Origin: Spiribacter sp.
Lineage (GTDB): Bacteria; Pseudomonadota; Gammaproteobacteria; Nitrococcales; Nitrococcaceae
Assembly: GCA_031581235.1 (NCBI GenBank)
Contig: JAVLBW010000008.1
Location: 32,811 to 96,810 of the forward strand
Direction of reading: 5' to 3'
DNA length: 64,000 nucleotides
This document shows positions 52,366 through 64,000 of this stretch, one piece after another. How positions within the stretch are numbered: position 1 is the first letter of the stretch; every line of letters starts with the position of its first letter. The notes beneath the pieces were generated by a model that saw nothing but the letters and a program-made list of their open reading frames with translations, did not search any database and was not told where the DNA came from. Both the position numbers and the translations under genes were made by a program.

Positions 52366-53823
52366 TCAAGCCGGACGTTTGCGCTGGGTGGATGAGCCAA
52401 TGCCCATGCCTTCGCGATACTTTGCCACGGTGCGTCGGGCCACATGGATGCCCTCGGCCTGTAGGCGATCAGTGAGATGCGCATCGCTCAGCGGCCGCGC
52501 TGGCGGCTCAGCCGCAATAAGGCGGCGAATGCGCGCGCGAATAGCCGTTGCCGAGCATTCACCACCGTCGGCTGTGGGCACATGGCTAGAGAAAAAGGCT
52601 TTAAATTCAAGCGTGCCCTGCGGCGTGCGCATGTACTTTTGCGTGGTGATGCGCGAGACCGTTGATTCGTGCATCTCAATGGCGTCGGCGATATCCCGCA
52701 ATATGAGTGGCTGCATGGCCTCTTCGCCGTGTTCGAGAAAGGCTTGCTGGCGCTCAACGATGCATTCAGCCACCTTGCGCAGCGTTTGCTCGCGTGATTC
52801 TAGGCTTTTAATTAACCAGCGAGCCTCCTGTAAGTGCTGGCGCATGAGTTGATTGTCGGCACTGTTGTCGCCGCGCTGAATGAGGCCAGCGTAGGCGGCA
52901 TTCACCCGCAGCCCGGGCGTGGCCTGAGGATTGACGTCGACCTGCCAGCCACCGTTGGCCCGTTCCACAATGCAGTCGGGGATAATGTAGTCGATGCGTG
53001 GCTGGCTAAAATCAGCGCCTGGGTGCGGGCTGAGCGTGCGAATCAGCGCGATGGCCGCGTCGAGTTGTGATTGATCAATTCCTAGCGCCCGCCGCAGCCC
53101 GGCGTGTTGGCTGTGGCCGAGTGATTCGAAATGCTCGCGCAATAGCGTCGTCGCGATAGCGCACGCCGGGGTGTCAGCCGGCAGCGCTTCGATTTGGATA
53201 CGCAGCGCCTCGGGGGCGTTGCTCGCTGCGACACCCAGCGGATCGAGATGCTGGATAAAAGTCAGCACCGCTTTGATTTCATCGGGATCCGCCGCAAGCT
53301 CAGCGGGGATGACTGCAAGCGGATTAACAAGATGGCCATTGTCGTCAATGCTGTCGATTAATGCGGCCGCAATGCGCTGGTCGCGCTCGCTGAGCGTGGA
53401 GAGCTGCAGTTGCCAGTGCAGATGGGCTTGCAGTGACGGGGCATCGGCGGCGTGATTTTCGAGCGTATCCAGCGTCGCGTAGCCCTCGGAGGGGCTGGAT
53501 GGGTTGTGGCTTGCGATGGGTTCGTCCCAGCGCTCATCGAGCGCAAAATCCTCGCCCAGTCGCGCTGCATCGGTGGCATCAGAGCCAAGCAACGCCTCGG
53601 AGGGATCACGCTGGCCGTCAATACCCTCGTCGGAGGCCTCAGCGAGCGAATCAACCGGGGGCTCGGCCTCTTCGTCAGCCTCGAGCATGAGGTTAGACTC
53701 AAGCGCCTCACGGATCTCCAGATTAAGCTCAGCGGCCGGTAGCTGCAGCAAACGAATCGCTTGCTGGAGCTGCGGTGTCATCGTGACCTGTTGGCCCAAG
53801 CGAAGGTGGAGGGACTGCTTCAT
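52366..53823 (-). CDS. rpoN: RNA polymerase sigma-54
   Basis: MTPQLQQAIRLLQL, MHESTVSR, RpoN box ARRTVAKYRE. Confidence 0.98.
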   Translation of the reverse strand: MKQSLHLRLGQQVTMTPQLQQAIRLLQLPAAELNLEIREALESNLMLEADEEAEPPVDSLAEASDEGIDGQRDPSEALLGSDATDAARLGEDFALDERWDEPIASHNPSSPSEGYATLDTLENHAADAPSLQAHLHWQLQLSTLSERDQRIAAALIDSIDDNGHLVNPLAVIPAELAADPDEIKAVLTFIQHLDPLGVAASNAPEALRIQIEALPADTPACAIATTLLREHFESLGHSQHAGLRRALGIDQSQLDAAIALIRTLSPHPGADFSQPRIDYIIPDCIVERANGGWQVDVNPQATPGLRVNAAYAGLIQRGDNSADNQLMRQHLQEARWLIKSLESREQTLRKVAECIVERQQAFLEHGEEAMQPLILRDIADAIEMHESTVSRITTQKYMRTPQGTLEFKAFFSSHVPTADGGECSATAIRARIRRLIAAEPPARPLSDAHLTDRLQAEGIHVARRTVAKYREGMGIGSSTQRKRPA

Positions 53824-53884
53824 GATTGTCCGTGCCGTTAAGGGTCACTCCAGAGTAACGCTGTCATCGGCGTCATCGCTAGGT

Positions 53885-54616
53885 TTATAAACGGAAGTCT
53901 TCGCCCAGATACACCGCTTTGACCTGTGGGTCGTCAAGAATTTGCTGCGCGGAGCCCTCAGCAATCACTTGCCCGGCATTAAGGATGGCCGCCCGATCAA
54001 CGAGCCCCAGGGTTTCGCGAACGTTGTGATCGGTAATTAAGACCCCAATGCCGCGCTCGGCAAGATGCCGAACGATGCCTTTAATTTCACCCACCGAGAT
54101 CGGGTCGACCCCGGCAAAGGGCTCATCGAGCAAAATAAAGCGCGGTGCGGCCGCCAGCGCGCGAGCGATTTCGACTCGTCGGCGCTCGCCGCCCGAGAGG
54201 CTTGCGCCTTTTTGATCGCGAAGATGCGCAATGCCAAACTCCTGCATCAGGCTGCGGGCCTGATTGTCGCGATCCGCGGCGCTTAGTGCGGGCCGGGTCT
54301 CGAGGATGGCAAGGAGGTTATCGATGACCGACAGACGCCGAAACACCGAGGCTTCTTGCGGCAGATAGCCAATTCCGAGGCGGGAGCGCGCATGCATCGG
54401 TGCCTGGGTAATGTCTTGGCCATCGAGGCTAATCCGCCCGGCATCGGCGCGAATCAGGCCCACCATCATATAAAAACTCGTGGTCTTGCCGGCGCCGTTG
54501 GGGCCTAGCAGACCGACGATTTCGCCGCTTTTCAGGCCAATTGAGACATCGCTGACAACGCTACGGCCAGAGAATTGCTTGGATAAGCCCTTTGCACTCA
54601 GCTGGCTGATGGTCAT
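53885..54616 (-). CDS. lptB: LPS export ABC ATPase LptB
   Basis: [35 protein letters not shown]. Confidence 0.98.
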   Translation of the reverse strand: MTISQLSAKGLSKQFSGRSVVSDVSIGLKSGEIVGLLGPNGAGKTTSFYMMVGLIRADAGRISLDGQDITQAPMHARSRLGIGYLPQEASVFRRLSVIDNLLAILETRPALSAADRDNQARSLMQEFGIAHLRDQKGASLSGGERRRVEIARALAAAPRFILLDEPFAGVDPISVGEIKGIVRHLAERGIGVLITDHNVRETLGLVDRAAILNAGQVIAEGSAQQILDDPQVKAVYLGEDFRL

Positions 54617-55155
54617 TGGCCCTCATCACTTTGTGGGTAGACGGTGACATTAACGCGTTGCTCGGTTTCGTTATTGCCATCGGCAATCGTTCGGGCCTGC
54701 GCGGGGTAGTGGGTGATGGTCTCGCCACGGACGCTGTTATCGCCTTGCCACAGGTGTCCGCCCTCAAGCAGGACAATGCGCTCAGGGCCGCTGGCGTAGT
54801 ATTCCATGCGCGGTGCTTCGGCTTGGCGCATCGCGGCCTCGGGCTGGCGCTCGCGATAGGTTGCGGGGCTGCCATCAATTTCAACACGCTCAAGCTCGCG
54901 CTCGGCGTCGGTATAGACGCGCATTACTTCGCCGGTCAGGCGCATCGGCCCGCGCGTTAATATGACGTTACCAAAGTAGCGGCTGACGCCATTGCTGTCC
55001 TCAACCTCGGCGCGGTCAGCGCTCAGTTCGATAGGCGCTTGTGTTTGCGCGCCGGCAACGCCGGAGGCAATGAGGCTTAGGCCGATGAGGCTAAGCCACC
55101 ACCCGCAGCCGCGCCTCGTGGGGCTTGGGTTAGGGTTACGGTTTGGCGCTTTCAT
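54613..55155 (-). CDS. lptA: LPS transport periplasmic protein LptA
   Basis: Signal peptide, [21 protein letters not shown]; between lptC and lptB. Confidence 0.9.
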   Translation of the reverse strand: MKAPNRNPNPSPTRRGCGWWLSLIGLSLIASGVAGAQTQAPIELSADRAEVEDSNGVSRYFGNVILTRGPMRLTGEVMRVYTDAERELERVEIDGSPATYRERQPEAAMRQAEAPRMEYYASGPERIVLLEGGHLWQGDNSVRGETITHYPAQARTIADGNNETEQRVNVTVYPQSDEGQ

Positions 55156-55702
55156 AGTGTCCGGTCACCTCGCTTTTAAGCTCAATGCGTTGTTCATCCA
55201 ACCATGCCTGCGCCCCGATTGCTGCGATTTTGTACGCCGGTCCCGTGAGCGTAACCGGTTGGTCGGTCTGGGCATGCCGAGTTGGCAGGGTTAAGTCGAT
55301 CGATTCGGTATTCAGGGTAATCGGACCCTCGGGCTGAGCCTGCGATAACACCACGTTGCCCTCAAGCCGGGCGCGCTCCTGATTATCCCAACTTCGGCCC
55401 TGATCGGCCCGACCAACCCAGGGTTCGCCTTGGTCAACCGGGACCTGCCAGCGCGGGGCATCGAATTGCCACAGTCCTGAGTCATCGAAATAGCGTGCGG
55501 TGGGCGCCTTGAGTTGGTAATTGATCTGGCCTGTCGCGTCGGTTGACCAAAACGCCAGATCGCGCGCATAGGCACTGAGCAGTGGCCCGACATCGTCGCC
55601 TTCGCGTTCGGGCTCAGGCGCTTGGCTAAAAAATCGCGGCGCCAGCAGGATGGCAACCAGCAGCATTAATAGCGCCATCCAGCCACGTCGTGACTTAAGC
55701 AC
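55136..55702 (-). CDS. lptC: LPS export protein LptC
   Basis: N-terminal TM segment, jellyroll-like body, [16 protein letters not shown]; synteny; start approximate. Confidence 0.88.
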   Translation of the reverse strand: MLKSRRGWMALLMLLVAILLAPRFFSQAPEPEREGDDVGPLLSAYARDLAFWSTDATGQINYQLKAPTARYFDDSGLWQFDAPRWQVPVDQGEPWVGRADQGRSWDNQERARLEGNVVLSQAQPEGPITLNTESIDLTLPTRHAQTDQPVTLTGPAYKIAAIGAQAWLDEQRIELKSEVTGHYESAKP

Positions 55703-55714
55703 GCCAGCGCACCC

Positions 55715-56707
55715 CTACATCACTCCCGCGCGCAGCAGATCGTGCATGTTGAGCGCGCCCACCAACTCGCCATCGGCATTGGTTACGAGCAGCGCGTTGA
55801 TGCTTTGCGCTTCCATGATTGCGAGCGCCTCGGCAGCCAGTTGCCCGGTGGTTACCCGGCGCGGATTGGGTGTCATGACCGCTTCGATAGTGGTGGTGTG
55901 GACATCAACCCCTTGGTCGAGCGCGCGGCGTAGGTCTCCGTCGGTAAACACGCCAACCAGTTGCCCTTGGGCATCGCTGACCGCGGTCATGCCCAACCCT
56001 TGTCGGGTCATTTCAAGCAGTGCCGCCGATAGCGGAGTGCCCACGGTGACCTGCGGCAGATCGTCGTCACGGTGCATTAGATCATCGATATGGATGAGCA
56101 GGCGTCGGCCCAAACGTCCGCCGGGGTGGGAGCGAGCAAAATCATCGGCGGTAAAACCACGGGCATCGAGCAGCGCGATCGCCAGCGCATCACCCATGGC
56201 TAAACTCGCGGTGGTGCTGGCTGTGGGCGCAAGCCCTAAGGGACAGGCTTCGGCATCGACGCTGACATTAAGGTGAACGTCAGCGGTTTGCGCAAGGGTG
56301 GAGTGAGCAGCCCCGGTGATGGCGATGATATCGACACCGCGGCGTTTGAGTAGTGGCAGGATTTGATTGATTTCAGCGGTTTCACCCGAATGCGACAAAC
56401 CAATCACCACATCATCACCGGTAATCATGCCCAAGTCACCGTGACTCGCCTCACCGGGATGGACAAAAAATGCGGGTGTGCCGGTGCTTGCCAACGTGGC
56501 CGCAAGTTTGCCGCCGATATGCCCCGATTTACCCATGCCCAACACCACAACGCGACCCTGACAGGCGAGCAGCGTTCGGCAGGCCTGCGCAAATTCGGTA
56601 TCGATGCGCTCGCCCAGCGCAGCGACGGCTGTGGCCTCGGTCGCAATCACCGCGCGGCCAAGCTCGCAGAAATCGTTGTCACTGACCATGTCCCGCTCCC
56701 GATTCAT
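55715..56707 (-). CDS. kdsD: Arabinose-5-phosphate isomerase (SIS plus CBS domains)
   Basis: GMGKSGHIG, HPGEASHGDLG, CPLGLAPTAST, SHPGG; start 56707 or 56689. Confidence 0.96.
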   Translation of the reverse strand: MNRERDMVSDNDFCELGRAVIATEATAVAALGERIDTEFAQACRTLLACQGRVVVLGMGKSGHIGGKLAATLASTGTPAFFVHPGEASHGDLGMITGDDVVIGLSHSGETAEINQILPLLKRRGVDIIAITGAAHSTLAQTADVHLNVSVDAEACPLGLAPTASTTASLAMGDALAIALLDARGFTADDFARSHPGGRLGRRLLIHIDDLMHRDDDLPQVTVGTPLSAALLEMTRQGLGMTAVSDAQGQLVGVFTDGDLRRALDQGVDVHTTTIEAVMTPNPRRVTTGQLAAEALAIMEAQSINALLVTNADGELVGALNMHDLLRAGVM

Positions 56708-57678
56708 TGGCCCATCGTAAAGAGTAGGCCCTGATAGGCGATAAAGGCGGCGAGTAAGCATCCGCCCTCCGCGCGCCCAACGCGCCCACGGCGGCCGAGG
56801 CCAAATCCCACCAGCACTAACGCCAGCATAAACGCGCTCATAATGCCGTAGTCGCGCGCAAGACTCACGCCACTCACGGCAAACGGCGTGATGACCGCGG
56901 CAATCCCCAGCACGCCGAGGAGGTTAAATAGGTTAGAGCCAATAATATTGCCAATGGCTAAATCGTCATCACCGCGCCGGGCACTCGCTAAAGCGGCCGC
57001 AAGTTCGGGTAAGCTGGTGCCGACGGCGACGATGGTAAGGCCAATCACCAAGTCACTGACGCCAATTCGCTCGGCCAGAGCAACGGCTGACCACACCAGG
57101 ACTCGTGAGCTAATGAGCAACAGGGCCAGTCCGAAAAACGCTTGAATAGCGGCTTTGCCGAGCGGCTGTTGCGCGGGTAGCGCCGCGGTGAGTTCGCGCA
57201 CAATGGGATCGCTCGGGCTCGTGGGTCGCCGCGACTGCCAGCCCATCCAGACTAATACGCCCACCATTCCGAGTAGTAGCCCAACGCCCTCGGCCCGCGT
57301 GAGCTCAGCGTCAAGTAATAACAGACCGGTGGCGAACACGACCGCCATGAGCAGAGGAAATTCGCGCCGCAACACCTGTGAGTGCATGGCAAGGGGCGTG
57401 ATAAGCGCCGTTGTGCCCAAAATCAACCCGACGTTGGCAACATTTGAGCCCAGCGCGTTGCCAAGCGCCAATCCCGGTGTCGCGTCGATCGCGGCCATCG
57501 CTGAGACCAGCATTTCGGGCAGTGAGGTGCCGATGCCCACAACGGTCAAGCCGATGACCATGCTCGAGACACCCAAATGACGGGCGATCGCTGAGGCACC
57601 GGCGACAAAGCGATCAGCGCTCCAAGCTAAGGCAATAAAACCCGCGGTGATGGCGAGCGCGAGGAGCAACAATTCCAT
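56704..57678 (-). CDS. Calcium/sodium antiporter (YrbG-like)
   Basis: Two alpha repeats GTSLPE with GNALGSN / GNIIGSN. Confidence 0.93.
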   Translation of the reverse strand: MELLLLALAITAGFIALAWSADRFVAGASAIARHLGVSSMVIGLTVVGIGTSLPEMLVSAMAAIDATPGLALGNALGSNVANVGLILGTTALITPLAMHSQVLRREFPLLMAVVFATGLLLLDAELTRAEGVGLLLGMVGVLVWMGWQSRRPTSPSDPIVRELTAALPAQQPLGKAAIQAFFGLALLLISSRVLVWSAVALAERIGVSDLVIGLTIVAVGTSLPELAAALASARRGDDDLAIGNIIGSNLFNLLGVLGIAAVITPFAVSGVSLARDYGIMSAFMLALVLVGFGLGRRGRVGRAEGGCLLAAFIAYQGLLFTMGQ

Positions 57679-57723
57679 GGTCAGCGTCAGTCCCTCTATC
57701 GGCTAAGCGCTACGATACCGTAT

Positions 57724-57752
57724 TTGACCGGTTCTATGCCTTGGCGGATACT
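57724..57752 (+). promoter_or_regulatory. sigma70 promoter of the mla operon
   Basis: TTGACC-17 nt-GATACT, 38 nt before the mlaF ATG. Confidence 0.55.
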
Positions 57753-57790
57753 CGCGGTTTGTCTTGGCCCGGTGATCAGCGAAGCCCTCC

Positions 57791-58615
57791 ATGACCGCAA
57801 ATACCCCCGCTTCTGCGAATCGCGTTTTGATCGATATTCACGCGCTGCATTATCGGCGCGGCGGGCGATGGTTGTTTGCGGGTATTGATTTGGCCGTTGA
57901 GCGCGGTGAAGTGGTCGCCATTATGGGGCCAAGCGGCACGGGCAAAACCACGCTGCTGCGGTTGATAGGTGGTCAGCTAAGCCCCCAGTCCGGTCGGGTT
58001 GAGGTTGCTGGTCAGCGCGTTGATTCGCTTTCGAGACGGGCGTTGTATCGGCTGCGCCGTGGCATGGGGGTGTTGTTTCAAAGCGGCGCGCTGTTCACCG
58101 ATTTAAGCTGCTTTGACAATGTTGCCTTTCCGCTGCGCGAGCACACCGAGCTGCCAGAAGCGCTGATTCGCATTATTGTGCTCATGAAGCTTGAGGCCGT
58201 CGGCTTACGGGGCGCTCGCGATCTCTATCCCGCGCAGCTATCAGGCGGGATGGCTCGGCGTGTGTCGCTGGCCCGAGCGCTGGCGCTTGATCCCGAAATT
58301 ATCCTCTATGACGAGCCCTTCGCCGGCCAAGACCCGATTTCGATGGGTGCGCTGATGAAGCTCATTCGTCAGCTCAACGACGCCCTTGGGCTGACCAGCG
58401 TGGTTGTTTCGCATGATGTCGATGAGACCCTAAGCATCGCGGATCGCGTTTACGTCCTCTCTGATGGACAAATTATTGAGTCGGGCACCCCACAGGCACT
58501 TCGGCAGAGCGATTCGGCTTGGGTGCGGCAATTTATTGACGCCCAACCGGACGGTCCGGTGCCCTTTCACTATCCCGCAGCGTCGATAGCCGACGACCTC
58601 GGTGTGGATAGCTGA
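57791..58615 (+). CDS. mlaF: Phospholipid ABC transporter ATPase
   Basis: [35 protein letters not shown]. Confidence 0.95.
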   Translation: MTANTPASANRVLIDIHALHYRRGGRWLFAGIDLAVERGEVVAIMGPSGTGKTTLLRLIGGQLSPQSGRVEVAGQRVDSLSRRALYRLRRGMGVLFQSGALFTDLSCFDNVAFPLREHTELPEALIRIIVLMKLEAVGLRGARDLYPAQLSGGMARRVSLARALALDPEIILYDEPFAGQDPISMGALMKLIRQLNDALGLTSVVVSHDVDETLSIADRVYVLSDGQIIESGTPQALRQSDSAWVRQFIDAQPDGPVPFHYPAASIADDLGVDS

Positions 58616-58617
58616 TT

Positions 58618-59394
58618 ATGACCGGGTTATTCGAGCGCCTCGGCGCGAGTACGCTCAATAGCATCACCACGCTAGGCCGTGCGGTTTTGTTTTTGCTGCG
58701 CGTGATTGCGGGTTGTGGCGAGTGGGTCCGGCGCCCCGGGCTATTGATGCGTGAACTCTACTCGGTGGGCGTTTTGACCTTGGTCATTATCGTCGTTTCG
58801 GGTCTTTTTGTGGGTATGGTGCTCAGCCTCCAGGGGTATTACACGCTGGTTGATTTTGGCGCCGAGCAATCACTCGGTGTACTCGTGGCGCTATCGCTCA
58901 CTCGTGAGCTCGGGCCAGTCGTTACGGCGTTGCTCTTTGCCGGCCGTGCGGGCTCGGCGCTAACGGCTGAAATCGGCTTAATGAAGGCCACCGAGCAGCT
59001 CGCCGGCATGGAGATGATGGCGGTTGACCCGGAACGGCGGGTCATTGCGCCGCGATTAGCCGCGGCGTTTATTTCGCTGCCGCTGCTCGCGGTGATTTTT
59101 ACCCTGCTTGGTATTATCGGGGCATACATTGTCGGGACGGCTTTGCTCGGCGTCGACGCTGGCGCATTCTGGTCACAAATGCAGGCGCAAGTGAGCTTTG
59201 GCGATGACGTGCTTAATGGCGTGATTAAGAGCCTATTATTTGGTTTAGTGGCGGGCTGGATCGCGGTGTTTAATGGCTATGACTGCATGCCGACTTCGCA
59301 CGGAGTGAGTCGGGCGACCACGCGTACCGTGGTGGTGACCTCGCTGGCCGTGTTGGCGCTGGATTTTGTGCTCACGGCACTGATGTTTGATTAA
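58618..59394 (+). CDS. mlaE: Phospholipid ABC transporter permease
   Basis: [36 protein letters not shown]. Confidence 0.96.
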   Translation: MTGLFERLGASTLNSITTLGRAVLFLLRVIAGCGEWVRRPGLLMRELYSVGVLTLVIIVVSGLFVGMVLSLQGYYTLVDFGAEQSLGVLVALSLTRELGPVVTALLFAGRAGSALTAEIGLMKATEQLAGMEMMAVDPERRVIAPRLAAAFISLPLLAVIFTLLGIIGAYIVGTALLGVDAGAFWSQMQAQVSFGDDVLNGVIKSLLFGLVAGWIAVFNGYDCMPTSHGVSRATTRTVVVTSLAVLALDFVLTALMFD

Positions 59395-59879
59395 TGGAGG
59401 GGCGCTCGGTGGAAAATTCTCGACGGGTTGATCTGGCGGTAGGCGCTTTTGTCGCGGCCGGCCTAGCGGCGCTGTTTGTGTTGGCCATGCAGGTGAGCAA
59501 TATCACTGCCTTTCAGCGCGCCGAGGGCTACACTGTAGTCGGTTACTTTCAAAATGTTGGCGGGCTACGCGAACGGGCGCCGGTGCGCCTTGGTGGTGTT
59601 CAGATTGGTCGGGTATCTGACATTGAGCTCGATCAGTCGCGCTTTGAAGCGCGGGTAGCAATGACGATTGCCCAGGACTACAACGACCTGCCGAGTGATA
59701 CCGCGGCGAGCATTCGCACTTCGGGGTTGCTCGGCGAGCAGTACATTTCGCTTGAGCCTGGCGGCATGCCGGATGCGTTGAGTGAGGGGGATGAGCTTAT
59801 GCTGACGCAATCGGCGTTGGTGCTCGAGGATATCATCGGGCAGTTTCTCTACAATCAGGGCGCAGACGGGAGCGAGTAA
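59394..59879 (+). CDS. mlaD: MCE-domain protein MlaD
   Basis: GGLRERAPVRLGGVQIGRV, TSGLLGEQYI, QSALVLED. Confidence 0.95.
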   Translation: MEGRSVENSRRVDLAVGAFVAAGLAALFVLAMQVSNITAFQRAEGYTVVGYFQNVGGLRERAPVRLGGVQIGRVSDIELDQSRFEARVAMTIAQDYNDLPSDTAASIRTSGLLGEQYISLEPGGMPDALSEGDELMLTQSALVLEDIIGQFLYNQGADGSE

Positions 59880-60502
59880 TGCGGCGATGGCAGGCACTTT
59901 GGAGCGTGGGGTTGGCGCTGGCAATCGGTTGCGTAGTGCCGAGCTTAGCGGCCGCTGCAAGCGAGCCGCCGCGCGTGGTGGTTGAACAGACCATTCAGCA
60001 GGTGCTCGATACGCTGGAGGAGAATGCGGCGGTTATCGACGATAATCCTGACGCAGTTGAGGCGCTGGTTGCCGATATTGTCTTGCCACGCTTTGACTTT
60101 GAGCTGATGAGTCGTTTTGTGCTGGGGCAGCACTGGCGGCAAGCTGACTCCGTCCAGCGCGAGGCCTTCACCGCGGCTTTTCGTGACTTATTGGTACGCA
60201 CGTACATTAGCGCGATCGATGAATACAGCGGTGAGGATGTGCAAGTTCCTGCTCAGCGCATTCCCGACGATGCCGATCGGGTCAGTGTGCAGACTGAAAT
60301 CGTCCGGCCCGACGGGCCAAGCATTCCGGTTGCTTATGCGCTATTTCTGCGCGATGAGCAGTGGAAAGTGTTTGATGTCACCGTTGAGGGGGTCAGTTTG
60401 GTGCAAAATTACCGCGCGCAATTTAGCGATATTGTTCGCGCGGATGGCCTCGATGAACTCATCGAGCGGGTCAGCGCCGGGGTGATCGGGGATCAACCAT
60501 GA
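59879..60502 (+). CDS. mlaC: Periplasmic phospholipid shuttle MlaC
   Basis: Signal peptide, FDFELMSRFVLG, WKVFDV, GVSLVQNYR. Confidence 0.95.
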   Translation: MRRWQALWSVGLALAIGCVVPSLAAAASEPPRVVVEQTIQQVLDTLEENAAVIDDNPDAVEALVADIVLPRFDFELMSRFVLGQHWRQADSVQREAFTAAFRDLLVRTYISAIDEYSGEDVQVPAQRIPDDADRVSVQTEIVRPDGPSIPVAYALFLRDEQWKVFDVTVEGVSLVQNYRAQFSDIVRADGLDELIERVSAGVIGDQP

Positions 60503-60812
60503 GCGAAGCAACGCTCGCCGATGATGGCGCGGGTGGGCTCGTGCTGCGCGGTGATCTGCAAGTCACCGCCGCGACCCGTTTATACACCGAGCTGCCGGTT
60601 AGTGCCGATCCCTACACCGTATCCTTGCGCGCGATCGAAGCGATTGATAGCGCCGGTATTGCGCTGCTGGTTGACTGGCAGCAACGCCTGAATGCGGCAG
60701 GCGGTACGCTGGTGTTAACGGATGCGCCGGATTCGCTCCAGCGACTCGCCAGAATTGGTGGGGTTGCTAAACTGCTGGGCTTTAACACCGATCAATCGGA
60801 GCTAAGTGAGAC

Positions 60813-60816
<4 letters not shown>
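60499..60816 (+). CDS. mlaB: STAS-domain protein MlaB
   Basis: IDSAGIALL STAS motif; position in the mla operon. Confidence 0.88.
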
Positions 60817-62984
<2,168 letters not shown>

Positions 62985-62992
<8 letters not shown>

Positions 62993-64000
62993 AATCCAGC
63001 GACTTAGCACCACGCAGCCCGATTTTCAGGCTCGGCTCAACGCCTTGACTGACTGGGATGATGGCGCGACCCATGGGGTTGAGTCGGTGGTGGCGGATAT
63101 TCTGCAAGCGGTGCGGCTTGAGGGCGACGCGGCATTGCTGCGCTACAGTGAGGCGTTAGATGACTTGACTGCCGACACGGTGGCAGCGCTCGAAGTCGAT
63201 TCAGCACGCTGTCAGCAGGCCCTTGAGGGCCTCGATCAGGCCGACCGCTTGGCGCTTGAGGCAGCCGCAGCACGCATTCGGGAATATCACCTGCATCAGC
63301 GCCAAACGTCTTGGGAAAACACCGAACCGGATGGGACGCGGCTGGGCCAGCAGATCAGCCCGCTTGAGCGTGTCGGCATCTACGTGCCCGGCGGTAAAGC
63401 GGCTTACCCCTCGTCAGTGCTTATGAATGCCATTCCCGCGCAAGTCGCCGGGGTAGATGAAATCATTATGGTGGCGCCAGCGCCCGGCGGTGAGATTGCG
63501 CCGATGGTGATGGCCGCCGCCGCGGTCGCCGGCGTGCAGCGGTTTTTCTTACTCGGCGGGGCACAGGCGGTGGCTGCGCTCGCTTACGGCACCGAGACGG
63601 TGCCCGCGGTGGATAAGATCGTTGGGCCGGGTAATGCGTATGTAGCTGAGGCTAAGCGCCGGGTGTATGGGCATGTGGGTATCGATATGGTCGCTGGACC
63701 TTCAGAGATTTTGATTGTTTGCGATGGCCAGACCGATCCCGAGTGGATTGCCATGGATTTGTTCTCACAAGCTGAGCACGATGAGGATGCCCGGGCGATA
63801 CTCATCTGTCCTGAGGCGCGCTACCTCGATGAAGTCCAGGCAGCGATGGAGCGGTTGCTGCCGGAGATGAGCCGTTCAGAGATTATTCGTGCGGCACTGG
63901 CGCGGCGTGGCGCGCTTATTTGTGTGCGTGATCTGGCGGAGGCGGCGACGGTGACCAACGCGATCGCACCGGAACACCTGGAACTCTCGGTGGTCGAGCC
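62985..64000 (+). CDS. hisD: Histidinol dehydrogenase (3'-truncated; absent from the ORF track because it runs off the window)
   Basis: Translated by hand from ATG 62985: MLEIQRL..., [46 protein letters not shown]. Confidence 0.97.

Noticed and set aside
52414-52430. sigma54-like TGGCA...GC upstream of hpf
   Set aside because: GG-to-GC spacing is one base short, and the sequence is forced by the RpoN box codons

Overview
A very compact, high-GC gammaproteobacterial core-genome segment. It holds about 67 housekeeping genes and 2 tRNAs (Gln-UUG, elongator Met-CAU). No mobile element, CRISPR array or defence island is visible, and the largest intergenic gap is 135 nt. Blocks in order: lnt-DUF1451-leuS-lptE-holA-proA-nadD-rsfS-rlmH-maf-rng-yhdP-nit (+); lptD-surA-pdxA-rsmA-apaH (-); amgK-murU (+); mreBCD-mrdA-rodA-mltB-rlpA-dacA-ybeD-lipB (-); gatCAB-hslO (+); trm112-like-prmC-thiF/moeB (-); DAHP synthase-dksA (+); hemA-prfA (-); TPR-lolB-ispE-tRNA-Gln-prs-rplY-pth-ychF-tRNA-Met (+); yrbG-kdsD-lptCAB-rpoN-hpf-ptsN-rapZ-mgtE (-); mlaFEDCB-bolA-murA-hisG-hisD (+, hisD runs off the end). 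Gene order and compactness suggest a streamlined Ectothiorhodospiraceae (Spiribacter-like) organism; this is inference, not a database result. I see no clearly new multi-gene system. The best leads are: (1) an 88-aa Trm112-family gene overlapping the start of the release-factor methyltransferase prmC, which mirrors the eukaryotic/archaeal Trm112-Mtq2 pair; (2) an apparent 29-residue tandem beta-hairpin duplication in the LptD barrel; (3) a probable AUC start for mreC; (4) ptsN without its usual PTS neighbours, plus clean absences of apaG and kdsC from conserved clusters; (5) all five convergent junctions overlap or nearly touch, with no visible intrinsic terminator.
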